The notes beneath the pieces are model-generated. The model did no database searches and was not told the DNA's origin. It saw only the letters and a list, made by a program, of their open reading frames with translations. A program made the translations under genes and the position numbers. Source: Candidatus Poribacteria bacterium (GTDB lineage Bacteria; Poribacteria; WGA-4E; WGA-3G). Taken from it: DNA of 64,000 nucleotides. Below, piece after piece: positions 18,414 through 28,619 of the stretch; position 1 is the stretch's first letter; each line of letters begins with the position of its first letter. The stretch spans positions 960,001-1,024,000 of the forward strand of contig CBDANF010000003.1 of the NCBI GenBank assembly GCA_965197475.1. Direction: 5' to 3'.

Positions 18414-19493
18414 ATGCGACATCTGGTAACACTTGACGAATTATCGAATTTTGAAATTGAGCAGATTTTTCGCCTCGCAGCAGGAATGCAGTCACAATTA
18501 GAGACGTGGGCAGGAATCTGTCGTAGCAAATTGCTTGCCACGCTCTTTTATGAACCGAGTACACGGACACGGTTATCCTTTGAAAGTGCTATGGAACGTC
18601 TCAACGGCGGAACACTTGGCTTCGCAGATCCAAGTTCTACCTCTGTCACAAAAGGTGAAACCCTCGCTGACACCGCACGGATGGTAACGAACTACGCGGA
18701 CATCATTGTCGTGCGGCACAGTTGGGCAGGTTCGGCGCGAGTCATGGCGAGTTACGCGAATATTCCGGTAATCAACGGCGGAGACGGCAGTCACGCACAT
18801 CCGACACAAGCACTCACGGACCTCTATACAATTATTCGACGGAAATCGCAGGTGCAAGATTTAACCGTTGGCATCTGTGGTGATCTTCGGTATGGACGCG
18901 CGGCACACTCGTTTGCATTAGCCGTTGCAAGATTCGGTGGAAACCTCGTCCACATTGCTCCAAATGGGTTACAGATGCCGCCATGGGTGCTTACGCGGTT
19001 AGCACAAATCCACGGGCAGAAACCCATTGAGGTAGAAAGTGTCACAGAAGTAATCGAAACGCTTGATGTTATCTATGTTAATCGACTTCAGGAGGAACGG
19101 CTTCCATCAAATGTAGATGCAGAAACGGTGCGCGGTAGTTATTTGCTGAACGCTGCAGTGATGAAAAGTGCTAAACCGGATGCGATGATTATGCACCCGC
19201 TCCCACGCGTCAACGAACTTGCTTATGAGTTAGATGATGACCCGCGCGCTGCCTATTTTGAACAATCTGCAAATGCTGTGCCGGTTCGGATGGCATTGAT
19301 TGCAAGTCTCATGGGGTTGGAACAACTTATCTTGACACAACCCCCGAAGCGAAACATCAGTGGATCGTCCCATCAATGTGAAAACGCAAACTGTGTCACT
19401 CATCACGAGACCTATCTTGCTCCAGAACGTGAAACGTTTAAGGGCAATACAGAGGTGCATGCATGTGCCTACTGTGGTAACCTGCTTTCGTGA
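18414..19493 (+). CDS. pyrB: Aspartate carbamoyltransferase with C-terminal PyrI-like Zn-ribbon
   Basis: FYEPSTRTRLSFE, HPTQ, MHPLPR; tail CENANC...CAYC. Confidence 0.93.
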   Translation: MRHLVTLDELSNFEIEQIFRLAAGMQSQLETWAGICRSKLLATLFYEPSTRTRLSFESAMERLNGGTLGFADPSSTSVTKGETLADTARMVTNYADIIVVRHSWAGSARVMASYANIPVINGGDGSHAHPTQALTDLYTIIRRKSQVQDLTVGICGDLRYGRAAHSFALAVARFGGNLVHIAPNGLQMPPWVLTRLAQIHGQKPIEVESVTEVIETLDVIYVNRLQEERLPSNVDAETVRGSYLLNAAVMKSAKPDAMIMHPLPRVNELAYELDDDPRAAYFEQSANAVPVRMALIASLMGLEQLILTQPPKRNISGSSHQCENANCVTHHETYLAPERETFKGNTEVHACAYCGNLLS

Positions 19494-19532
19494 TAAATAT
19501 CAAAATCCGCTGTTTTCACACGCAAAGATAGC

Positions 19533-20999
19533 CTACTCATCCTCAGATTCTGCCGCTTCAGGTATTTTGGATACCAATCCATCTTTTTCTATGACTGCAT
19601 GACGTGCCATTCGCCATAGATGTCCTTTGGGACTCACTGACTGCCACCCACTCTCGTGTAATGAGACTGCAACAAAATCCTTCTCTGAATCAGGTGCGTC
19701 ATCGGGAAATATATCATGAGTTGTCCAGTTGGTATAGGTAACCGGTTCACCGCTATCCCATCGCCATTCACCCTCTTTGTCAACATCGTTGAGTCCAATC
19801 CAAAACGGTATATTACTAAAGATTACATCAAGCCAAAACTGTTCATCTTCGTTGTTGATTGATACGAGGTGAGCACCTTCCTTGATAGCCTTCCGTTGCG
19901 CATCGTGCCAATCTTGACATTGAATTTTGGCATAAGCGTGTCCATTTTCGGGGTTAATGATCCAGACTATTTTTGCTGGTTTAGCTGGTGGTCGGATGAT
20001 CGGTTTACGGACACCTTCATTGCCGGGAAGGTTTTTAACAAGACGACGGACTGTTTCCTCATCAAGTTCTTTAATCTTACCACTGGGTCGTTTAGCATCA
20101 ACTGGATTCCCATCAAGTTTTATAACAATTTTTTCAGGATGTACGTCTTTTTTGAGGAGAAAAGGTCCTGCCCCACCAGTGAAACCCCCATAAGTAATTG
20201 AAAGCGTATAATATCCCGGATCATCTCTGTATTGTGTAAAATTACCTTCAGCATCAGTGAAACAACTGGTTCCGTGTGTTCCACTGCCACCACCAAACTC
20301 TCCACCTGTGTAGCGCATAGAGAGGCGAGCTCGGACATTCGCAACAGAGGTGCCATCTGCATAAACAATCTGTGCACGTATTTTAAGACGTTGCTTAACG
20401 GTAATTTTGACATCTTCAAGGTGGATATCTGGTTTAAGTCCAAACATGAAACTCTCAATAGGACCCCACCTATCGGGATAGTAAAATGTGATCTTATTTA
20501 GACGAATGGAGATAATCGGCATTTCTGACTCCTCGCCACCCATTATAAATTCCATTGGAATATGCATTGCTTGTTGAGGTTTATTTGGGTCAATCTTCTC
20601 CATTGCATCCAACATTTTCTTTGGAACGGCTATTATTTGAACATGCCCTGGCAGAATATTGGTTGCACTGAAAGCACCTTCTGCATCTGTCTCCACCTTA
20701 GCCATGCTACGCGGCATTCCTGGTTGGTGTTTACCAACATGTTGTGCAAGTTGTTCATGAAGAAGATGCGGTGGCATAATCACCGGGTGAACATCACCTT
20801 TTACATTTTGCAGTGATAGAATCATGAAAGTGAATCCAGCTAAAGGTTTTCCCTCTGTGTCCACTACTTTGCCTGATAGTCCACTTGTCATCTGTTCATT
20901 AGGTTCTACAGGTTGCTCTTGAGCCACAACTCCTGTTACGGCGAACGACAGTATGAGTGTGTATGCTAATAGTATTTTGGCGGCATTAATACGTTTCAT
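19533..20999 (-). CDS. Secreted protein, carboxypeptidase-regulatory-like domains plus C-type lectin domain
   Basis: Signal peptide from MKRIN (20999), SGKVVDTEGKP, lectin motifs AHLVSINN...WIGLND...WRWDSG. Confidence 0.78.
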   Translation of the reverse strand: MKRINAAKILLAYTLILSFAVTGVVAQEQPVEPNEQMTSGLSGKVVDTEGKPLAGFTFMILSLQNVKGDVHPVIMPPHLLHEQLAQHVGKHQPGMPRSMAKVETDAEGAFSATNILPGHVQIIAVPKKMLDAMEKIDPNKPQQAMHIPMEFIMGGEESEMPIISIRLNKITFYYPDRWGPIESFMFGLKPDIHLEDVKITVKQRLKIRAQIVYADGTSVANVRARLSMRYTGGEFGGGSGTHGTSCFTDAEGNFTQYRDDPGYYTLSITYGGFTGGAGPFLLKKDVHPEKIVIKLDGNPVDAKRPSGKIKELDEETVRRLVKNLPGNEGVRKPIIRPPAKPAKIVWIINPENGHAYAKIQCQDWHDAQRKAIKEGAHLVSINNEDEQFWLDVIFSNIPFWIGLNDVDKEGEWRWDSGEPVTYTNWTTHDIFPDDAPDSEKDFVAVSLHESGWQSVSPKGHLWRMARHAVIEKDGLVSKIPEAAESEDE

Positions 21000-21033
21000 A
21001 GTCGTAACTCCTTGTATATTAATGTATAGAGTG

Positions 21034-22317
21034 CTATTCAGCATCTTCGTCTGGTATAGGTACACCAATAATGATACCGTCTTTTTCAAGGATTGCTTTT
21101 TCAGTTAAGCTTGCAGTCGGACTCCCTTCGCGTGCCCGTTGCCATTTTCCAGTCACCCCGATAAGGACAGAATAATTTTTACTCGTCTTCTCGTCCTTTT
21201 CAGTTGATTTATCGGACTTTGCTATGAGCTGCTGAGTGTCCCAATTAGTGTAAGTAACTGGATCACCATTATCCCACTGTTTGTCACCTTTTTTTACTCC
21301 GTCAGTGAATCCAATCCAATAGTTTTCTTTCCCAAAGACATCAAGTATCCATTGTTGTTCTTCCTTATTATTGATGGAAACGAGATGTGCACCTTGTTCA
21401 GTCGCTTGAGCAAGTGCTTCTTCAGGTGTTTGGCAATTGATTCTCTTGTACGCATGCCGATTTGCGGGGTTTATAGCCCACACACCTTCGGTCCGACGCT
21501 TGATGGCGGCTTGCATACGTTCTGGGTCACGAAGACGTACCGCTTGTCTTACTACCTCAGGTTTGCGGGGTTGAATGGGATTTTCCTTTAGAGTCAAGGT
21601 GAGTCCATCAAGTCGTTGCCCTTCTTCAAGCAATACCTCCTTTGATTCTACAGATTGCCCCCGAAATGTTACAGAGACAGTATAATATGCCGGACTATTA
21701 ACATATTCCACAAAATAGCCGTCAGCATCAAGGGAAGTTGTGCCGCTACTACGACCTCTGCCTGTTCCATCTTTGCTGCGGCTTTTTACACTAAGATTAA
21801 CCCTTGCACCGCTTAGTGGGGTGCCGTCTGCAGCAAGTACCTGTCCACGTATCCGCATCCGTAGTTTAACGATAATCTTCACATCTTTTATATCTGTTTC
21901 TTCTTCAATACCAAAAGGAAATCCCTCGTGACGATTAAACTGATGTGGGTGAGTATAGAAGGTTATCCCTTGCATTTCAAGGTAACGAACTTCATAGTCT
22001 GGATCGCGTTCAGGAAATAGAATTAATTTATTAACTGAAGGTGAAACAATGTTTTCAATTGAAAAAGCACCTGTTGCATCAGTATTACTCGGTTGCGGAG
22101 GTGGAAAGATAGGTTCTTGTCTATGCATATTGCGTCGTCCATGGATAAAGTTACCTTTGAATGAATTAACGCTAACGACAACATCGGGAACAGGTTTTCC
22201 TGATTCGTCAACAACTTTTCCTGAAATGGTTGCTGCAAAACATTGGATGGATGCAGCAAGGAAAATTGTTAAACTTCCTATCAAAACTGCTAATGAGGTG
22301 GAGTGAAAAAGGTTCAT
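21034..22317 (-). CDS. Secreted protein, carboxypeptidase-regulatory-like domains plus C-type lectin domain (paralog)
   Basis: Signal peptide, SGKVVDESGKP, RGQVLAADGTPL, AHLVSINN...WIGFTD. Confidence 0.78.
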   Translation of the reverse strand: MNLFHSTSLAVLIGSLTIFLAASIQCFAATISGKVVDESGKPVPDVVVSVNSFKGNFIHGRRNMHRQEPIFPPPQPSNTDATGAFSIENIVSPSVNKLILFPERDPDYEVRYLEMQGITFYTHPHQFNRHEGFPFGIEEETDIKDVKIIVKLRMRIRGQVLAADGTPLSGARVNLSVKSRSKDGTGRGRSSGTTSLDADGYFVEYVNSPAYYTVSVTFRGQSVESKEVLLEEGQRLDGLTLTLKENPIQPRKPEVVRQAVRLRDPERMQAAIKRRTEGVWAINPANRHAYKRINCQTPEEALAQATEQGAHLVSINNKEEQQWILDVFGKENYWIGFTDGVKKGDKQWDNGDPVTYTNWDTQQLIAKSDKSTEKDEKTSKNYSVLIGVTGKWQRAREGSPTASLTEKAILEKDGIIIGVPIPDEDAE

Positions 22318-22436
22318 TGTGAATGCCTCCTTCTGTCAGGTTCGGCGAGTGTATTGAAATAAATTTGGGTCGTATAAAATTATTATACCTTATGTAGAAG
22401 TTATTGGCAATATTAAGGAGTAAGTAGCAGAATTAT

Positions 22437-22610
22437 TCAGTTTTCGTTTCCTAAACCAGAAGTGTGAGATAGTTCCTCAGCAATCGGATTTCCCCACTCA
22501 TCAACAACACGACCAGAAAATGTTCCAGCGAGACTCTGGGAGGATATAGCAAACAAAAACACGAGACTCCCGACAAGAACTGTCAGGGGTCTGAAATAAA
22601 AAAGTTTCAT
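22437..22610 (-). pseudogene. Truncated paralog of 21034..22317 (57 aa, not in ORF track)
   Basis: AGGAG SD then MKLFYFRPLTVLVGSLVFLFAISSQSLAGTFSGRVVDEWGNPIAEE..., similarity ends abruptly. Confidence 0.7.
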
Positions 22611-22938
22611 TGTGAAGATCTCCTCTTATGAATAATGCGGTCGTAGGGACACTTTGTAAGCGGGTTTACAAAGTTGACGTAACTGAAGTCTTACTCTGTG
22701 TACCCATAGAAGCAATTTATGTGCCAAATCCGGAACCGCTGAATATACGGGAATCTCGGTAAAAAAATGAACCCTGCACAAAAACGTGCAGGGTTTGCTC
22801 ATGCTGCACATTATGGGATAAGTGCAAACTATTACCGAACTGATAAATCACTTTTAGTGTGAGGTCCCCGTTGAATACCAAACGCGCATTTAGCGGGATT
22901 CACGGTCCGCACTGCATTAGGTGTTACTTGGGAGGTAG

Positions 22939-25113
22939 TCATTTTGGAGCAATCGGTGCGCTATTAAACCTAAATATTAGATTGTCATACCGTTGCCCCG
23001 GTTCAAGACGGACAGGTTTAGCGGTTGCCTTAAGTCCTTGGTACTCTATCGAAAACGTGTAGGAGAAAGTAGCATCTTTCTCGTCCAAATAATGGACAAA
23101 ATAACCATCAGCATCTACCCAAAGTTTGTCCCTTGCACTACGCCCGCCATGTCCACTATGACCGAAGTTGTAAGTAAGTGTCAAACGATCATTAGTAAGT
23201 GGCGTTCCGTCTTTAAATAGGACACGTCCCTGAACATGCATCCTTGGCTGCACGGTGACCACTACATCCTTAATATGCGTTCCTGGTAAAACTCCGAAAG
23301 CAATTTCTTCAAAATCAACGCGCGGATAAAAGGTAATTCCGTTGATCTGGAGAGATAAAATTTCAACATCAGGTTCATAATCGTAATGACTTGTTCCGAA
23401 CCCGTAAGTCTCAAATTCCTTAATATATGGCTTTAATCTGTGAAACGGGAGTTGGTTAGCACGTGAATTAAAATCTTTGATAATCGTCTCAAAATCTTCA
23501 GGTAGGCGTTTATCTATGTTGTAAGGAAGGGCACCGAAATATTGTGGTACTGAAGTAACACCGGTTATGGAAAACCGACCTTCTACATCAGTCTGAGTAC
23601 GCCGTAACTGAGGATAACCGTCAGGTAATATTGCAGTCCAGAACATCTCATCTGGATCAATGTTATGGGGACCAATAAAAATAGGTAAATCAGCAACCGG
23701 ATTTCCATCTGGATCGACAACACGCCCGGTAAAGTTTCCCGTGCCTCTCTGTGCAATATAGTGGGGCGAAGATCCATGAGTGGCACTTTTCTGTTGAGCT
23801 TTCGCTCGGTTTTGTAGTGGATCTCGTACAGTAATTTCAACATTTGTAATGTCTTCACCTTGCTCCGTTTCAAGCACAATACCATTACTTCCACCCATTT
23901 TATTTGGAAAGAGATAAAGTTCACCGATCCGGACCTTTATTATTCTCGCTTCCGGTCTATAGAAAGGGAGTGTTCCTAACAGCACTGCACTTTGATTGAA
24001 GTCTCTGATTGTGAAATTGCCATCTCGGTTGATTTCCGCTGGAAACGCGAGCAAGCCACCATGAATGCTGGTAGGGTTACCGATCACAATTGGAAACCAA
24101 GCACCCCTGCCATCTTTGACAGGAAAAATAGCTATCTTGACATCGTCAATAGGCTTCTTTGCCTCATCAACAACGCGCCCGGAGGCAGAAGAGGAAAACT
24201 TGGCATTAGGACTTTGATTTGCTCCTTCGCTTTTATCTGGAGCATCCACGTTCCCAATCTGATTTCGCACATCAGGATCAGATGGAAGGTTCATCATTAC
24301 GGCTGCATCAACGATGTCTACTGTCATCTCGGATGTTGCGTCAAGGTTGTAGGGTTGCTGAAAGCGGGCAAGGTGTTGCGCACCGAGTCCCAGCATCAGT
24401 GCTACCAAAATGAGCGTTGAGGTGGCAATTACCCACGGCATGATCGGTTTACTTCCCGAAGGTGTAGCGGGGTCAATCTGTGCTCCAGTTTCTTTGAGAG
24501 TTCTGATTATATTCTCAGTTAAGGTGGTTGAGGGTTGGAAACTTCCCAAGGTTTCACGTACCATGTGATCCTCCTTCTGTAAACGTTGGCGGGCGCGATG
24601 GAGACGGCTTTTCACCGTGTTCAACGATACGCCCAAAAATTCACTTATCTCTTTACATGAACTTCCAGCAAGGTAATGGAGTGTCATGACGATCCGTTCG
24701 CTCTCTGGCAATTTTTGGAGGAGATGTTTGACAAGGTCAATCCGTCTTTCCGAGGCACGTTCTTCATGCTGTTTTGCCGTATATTCGGAATAGAGGTGTT
24801 CCTCAAGTTCTACTATCGGCACGGTTTCCAGCGATTGCATCTGAGGTGCTTTCTTTTCGAACCATGTGCTACACAAGCGATTCGCGATAACATAGAGCCA
24901 TCCTGCAAACAGATTTGGATTTTTCAACGTACCGAGTTTCCTATAAGCTCTCAGGAACGTGTCTTGTGTTATCTCTTCGGCAACATGGAAATCCCCGATT
25001 TTTCGCCATGCAAGTGCGTGTACCCGCTTTTGATATTTACGCACTAAGGTAGTAAACGCATCTTGATCACTAAATATGGTGCGATTAATCAGTTCAAAGT
25101 CGGTATTTTCCAT
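22939..25113 (-). CDS. ECF sigma-70 factor with TM helix and extracytoplasmic C-terminal extension
   Basis: Sigma2 AEEITQDTFLRAY, sigma4 LNTVKSRLHRAR, TM PWVIATSTLILVALMLGLG, GRVVD..P repeats. Confidence 0.88.
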   Translation of the reverse strand: MENTDFELINRTIFSDQDAFTTLVRKYQKRVHALAWRKIGDFHVAEEITQDTFLRAYRKLGTLKNPNLFAGWLYVIANRLCSTWFEKKAPQMQSLETVPIVELEEHLYSEYTAKQHEERASERRIDLVKHLLQKLPESERIVMTLHYLAGSSCKEISEFLGVSLNTVKSRLHRARQRLQKEDHMVRETLGSFQPSTTLTENIIRTLKETGAQIDPATPSGSKPIMPWVIATSTLILVALMLGLGAQHLARFQQPYNLDATSEMTVDIVDAAVMMNLPSDPDVRNQIGNVDAPDKSEGANQSPNAKFSSSASGRVVDEAKKPIDDVKIAIFPVKDGRGAWFPIVIGNPTSIHGGLLAFPAEINRDGNFTIRDFNQSAVLLGTLPFYRPEARIIKVRIGELYLFPNKMGGSNGIVLETEQGEDITNVEITVRDPLQNRAKAQQKSATHGSSPHYIAQRGTGNFTGRVVDPDGNPVADLPIFIGPHNIDPDEMFWTAILPDGYPQLRRTQTDVEGRFSITGVTSVPQYFGALPYNIDKRLPEDFETIIKDFNSRANQLPFHRLKPYIKEFETYGFGTSHYDYEPDVEILSLQINGITFYPRVDFEEIAFGVLPGTHIKDVVVTVQPRMHVQGRVLFKDGTPLTNDRLTLTYNFGHSGHGGRSARDKLWVDADGYFVHYLDEKDATFSYTFSIEYQGLKATAKPVRLEPGQRYDNLIFRFNSAPIAPK

Positions 25114-25151
25114 GTTTCTTCTCCAAAATTGGTTATCTCATAATACAAGAC

Positions 25152-26153
25152 GAAGTCATATTGAGTAAAACATAAGGATGTGGTAGAATAGGGAAAGAAA
25201 AGGATATAGTTTATGTCTCTTTTTTTCACTGGACATCCACATTTACTTTATGAAAGGTTTTATTATGGCAGACGAAACTCAAAAGGTTCCGAGATACAAA
25301 GGTATTCCCAAGCAGGTTTCCCACAAGGATTTTAATCGTTATATCTTGCCCCATCTAAAGAAACGAGTGAAAGGGCCAAAGCCCAAACTCTCCTTCTATA
25401 AGATATTCAACTATATCCTCTATGTTTTGCATACTGGCATTCAATGGGAGCGGCTCCGCACACGGCGTCCTGAACTCCATTGGTCTAATGTCTATAAATG
25501 GCATAATAGATGGTCAAAAGACGGCTCTTATCAGAAACTTTTTGAAGCGTCTATCATACATCTGCTTGATACCGATCAACTTGACACCTCTCAACTTCAT
25601 GGTGATGGGTCAAATACCGTCGTAAAAAAAGGGGCAATGGCATCGGTTATTCGGGACACAAACATCAGAAAGGTGAAAAAGAGTTGACCATCACCGACAA
25701 TCAAGGGTTCATCGTCAGTCCGATAACCACCAAACCGGTCAATCACCATGGGACAACGATTTTGCCCGAAGCATTCGCAGATTTTATCACCTTTACCCAT
25801 CGCATTGGGATGGATCTCAGCGCATCTGCGCTAACGCTGGATTCCGGTTTTGATTCCAAAGAGGATCATAAGATTATCAAAGAACAAGGGCTTATCCCAG
25901 TGATCTATCCGAACCGACGGAATGCCAAAGAACCTATTGTCATCGCTCGCAAGTTCCGGTGGTTTAGGAAAGATATGGACAAAAACCGATATAAAGTAGA
26001 GCGAACTTTCGGTTGGCAAGGGACTTATCGGAAACCCGCTCTTAGCTACGATAAACTTAAAGAAACCCGTTTAGGTTTTCGTTATTTAGCATATTCAATG
26101 ATAAACTTTCGGGGGACTTTCAACGATGCTTAGCTCGTACTCGCTATGAGTTC
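25152..26153 (+). mobile_element. IS5-family element; transposase in two ORFs (25250..25687, -1 frame to 26133)
   Basis: ILYVLHTGIQW, DGS, LDSGFD, RYKVERTFGW motifs; A7G run at 25624-25631; imperfect TIRs 25152-25167 and 26138-26153 (13/16). Confidence 0.82.
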
Positions 26154-26157
26154 CCTA

Positions 26158-27240
26158 TCAAAATGTGGTGCGTAAGGTTTGTGCTTGTCCTGTCTCAGCT
26201 GATCGATAACCAGCATCAAAAATCTCTATGACGTGTCGCGCATGCTCCGCAGTAACGATGGTAGGTTTATCCTCACGGATCCAGTCAACAAGCTGCATGA
26301 TGTCTTCATACACATGTGCTTCCCGTATGCTTAGGTGCGGTCCGATGACGTGCGGTAGTTCCCCTTTTGGCGCATCAATCGGTTTGCCGTTGATGGTGCT
26401 GCCTTCAATTACACCTGCTGTCCCGTTAATTGCCAATCCGCCTTTGATGGCGTGCCCTGCCGCTGCACCGTAGATAAAACCGAAGAAGGCATCACCGAAG
26501 TCAAGCAGAATAAAGGTGTTATCGTCCATATCGCATGGAAGCATCTCGCCTCGGAATTCACGTTCCTTGACGCGCACACCTGAGAAAGCGGTCACCCGCT
26601 GGACGGGTCCAAGGATGCCAGTCATCGTATGCAATCCGTAAACGGTCATGTCGTAGAGTGGACCGCCACCCGGTTTTCGGAAGTACCACGCGGGGTTGAT
26701 GTTTGAGAGGACATCGTCACCATGTCGGACAGATTCACCCTCGTGGTATCTACCGAAAGAGGAACCGGTTGCTGCCCACGTCAATGTTCCAATTGCTCCA
26801 TCGTTAATGAGCCTACGGATTTCTTGATGAATCGGACGCAGCATCTGTCCGGGGGATGCCACTAATTTGACACCTTTGCGTGCTGCTGATTCGATCAGAT
26901 CATCTGCCTCATCAACGGTGGTTGTCATTGTCTTGTTGAAATGCGCATGTAGACCGTGTTCAATAGCGAGTTTTCCCTGCTCGTAATGAAGCCCGATTGG
27001 CGATGCGATGCTGACAGCATCAACATGTCCATCTGCCAATAGTTCTTCGTAAGTTTCGTAGGCGTGTGGAACATTGAATTTTTCGGATGCGGCTTGTGCT
27101 CTGCCGGGGACTGGGTCGCAGACAGCGGTAACCTGTAATCTATCTTGAACGTCATCTTGTGTGAGGTGCGGTAGAATTCCTCGCACAGCAATGCTTCCGA
27201 CACCAACTACACCGATACGAACTCTGTCATTAGTCGCCAT
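26158..27240 (-). CDS. Gfo/Idh/MocA family oxidoreductase
   Basis: RIGVVGVGSIA, VDAVSIASP..LH, GGGPLYD; start set at MATND. Confidence 0.88.
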   Translation of the reverse strand: MATNDRVRIGVVGVGSIAVRGILPHLTQDDVQDRLQVTAVCDPVPGRAQAASEKFNVPHAYETYEELLADGHVDAVSIASPIGLHYEQGKLAIEHGLHAHFNKTMTTTVDEADDLIESAARKGVKLVASPGQMLRPIHQEIRRLINDGAIGTLTWAATGSSFGRYHEGESVRHGDDVLSNINPAWYFRKPGGGPLYDMTVYGLHTMTGILGPVQRVTAFSGVRVKEREFRGEMLPCDMDDNTFILLDFGDAFFGFIYGAAAGHAIKGGLAINGTAGVIEGSTINGKPIDAPKGELPHVIGPHLSIREAHVYEDIMQLVDWIREDKPTIVTAEHARHVIEIFDAGYRSAETGQAQTLRTTF

Positions 27241-27269
27241 GATATTTCTCCAAAAGGCATGAAAATATA

Positions 27270-28154
27270 TTATTGCCGCCACGATGTTTGGTGTTGCCAC
27301 CCGACAGCGTTTTTGAGTTTGTCGCAATTGATAAACGATTGATGTCCTTGAAGCGTCCGAACTTTTGGAAGAAATTCCGGCTTAAAACGCTCCACCAGTT
27401 CAAGAGAGGGTTCTAAAGCAGAGGTGTCATCTGCATTAAGAAAGTAAACATCGTGCGGCGGCAGTGTGTCCGCCTTTTCCATGATCAAGCGGTGCGCGCT
27501 CGCTACGTCTTCACTTCCTACCCAACACCAGAGCCAAGGTGTCCAACCTTTTGTTGACTTCGCATTTTCTGCCATCTGTTTTCTTCGTTCTTCTGGTGTG
27601 ATACCGGCGGGACGGGTGATGTAGGTCCGGATGCCGTAGGCACGTGTATAACTCGCCAATAGGTCTTCACCACAACGTTTAGAGAAACTATAGGAATCTT
27701 CCGGATAGCAGGGATGCTCTTCGTCCAATGGCAGATAATCTATCGGCATGTGGGTTTTGCTAATGCGAAACCCGTGCCCCAATGCACAATTACTGCCGGA
27801 CATCACCACCGTTTTCACGTCTGCTTCAATTGCGGCTTGCATGAGGTAGTAGGTGCCGAGCATATTGGTTTTGAAAGTTGCATCAAATGGGATGCCTTTC
27901 TCTGCGGCACTTGTACGTAAATCGGGATGGTCAACAGGATTGGGTTGTGCGCCGAGATGTTGGATTGCGTCTACGCCTTCTACAGCGCGTTGGCAGTCCT
28001 CGAAATTGTTTAGATCGCCTAGAATAAATGGTAGTTTAGAAAATTCATCAGGGGGTTGTCTGCGAGACATTAGAACAAGTGTATGTTTTTCTGCCAATTC
28101 CCGGATGACATACGTGCCGAGTCTACCGCTTGCACCAGTTATCAATACTTTCAT
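27270..28154 (-). CDS. NAD-dependent epimerase/dehydratase
   Basis: ITGASGRLG, YSFSK catalytic motif. Confidence 0.88.
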   Translation of the reverse strand: MKVLITGASGRLGTYVIRELAEKHTLVLMSRRQPPDEFSKLPFILGDLNNFEDCQRAVEGVDAIQHLGAQPNPVDHPDLRTSAAEKGIPFDATFKTNMLGTYYLMQAAIEADVKTVVMSGSNCALGHGFRISKTHMPIDYLPLDEEHPCYPEDSYSFSKRCGEDLLASYTRAYGIRTYITRPAGITPEERRKQMAENAKSTKGWTPWLWCWVGSEDVASAHRLIMEKADTLPPHDVYFLNADDTSALEPSLELVERFKPEFLPKVRTLQGHQSFINCDKLKNAVGWQHQTSWRQ

Positions 28155-28381
28155 GAAAAACCTTCCATATTAATTTAACGCAACGTTTACGTTGAATTCA
28201 GTTGACAGGTGTCAGTGTGTTGTTTATTATTGTAATAGTATTATACTAAAGTTTGGGCAATTTCTGTCTGTTTCATGTTGTGTTCTCAAGTATTCTATTT
28301 TTCTATGAGTTTGTGCAAAGTTGTAACTCACAGAAAACTATTATAACGTGAGTTTGATAATTAAAAACTGGTAAATAGAGA

Positions 28382-28619
28382 ACCCCTTTGTTATTATGAA
28401 GTATATCAAATACGGACAAAGGAGTTCTCTGATGGATATCATAACACTTTTCTGTGAAATTGACGACTTTTTTCTTGCGTCCGAACAATATCAAGCACAA
28501 CACCAGTTACTGGAAATCCCCGGAACAAGCAATACCCGTGGCAGACTTCGGTGTCTTCATCCGAGCGAAGTCATGACGATACTTGTGCATTTTCATCAGA
28601 AGCAGTATAAAAATCTGAG
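28382..28619 (+). pseudogene. IS982-family transposase 5' fragment truncated by IS1
   Basis: MDIITLFCEIDDF...SEVMTILVHFH; ACCC-type end at 28382; stops at the IS1 inverted repeat. Confidence 0.75.

Noticed and set aside
22564-22592. Hairpin with minus-strand T-rich tail as a terminator
   Set aside because: It lies within the signal-peptide codons of the truncated paralog, so it may be incidental
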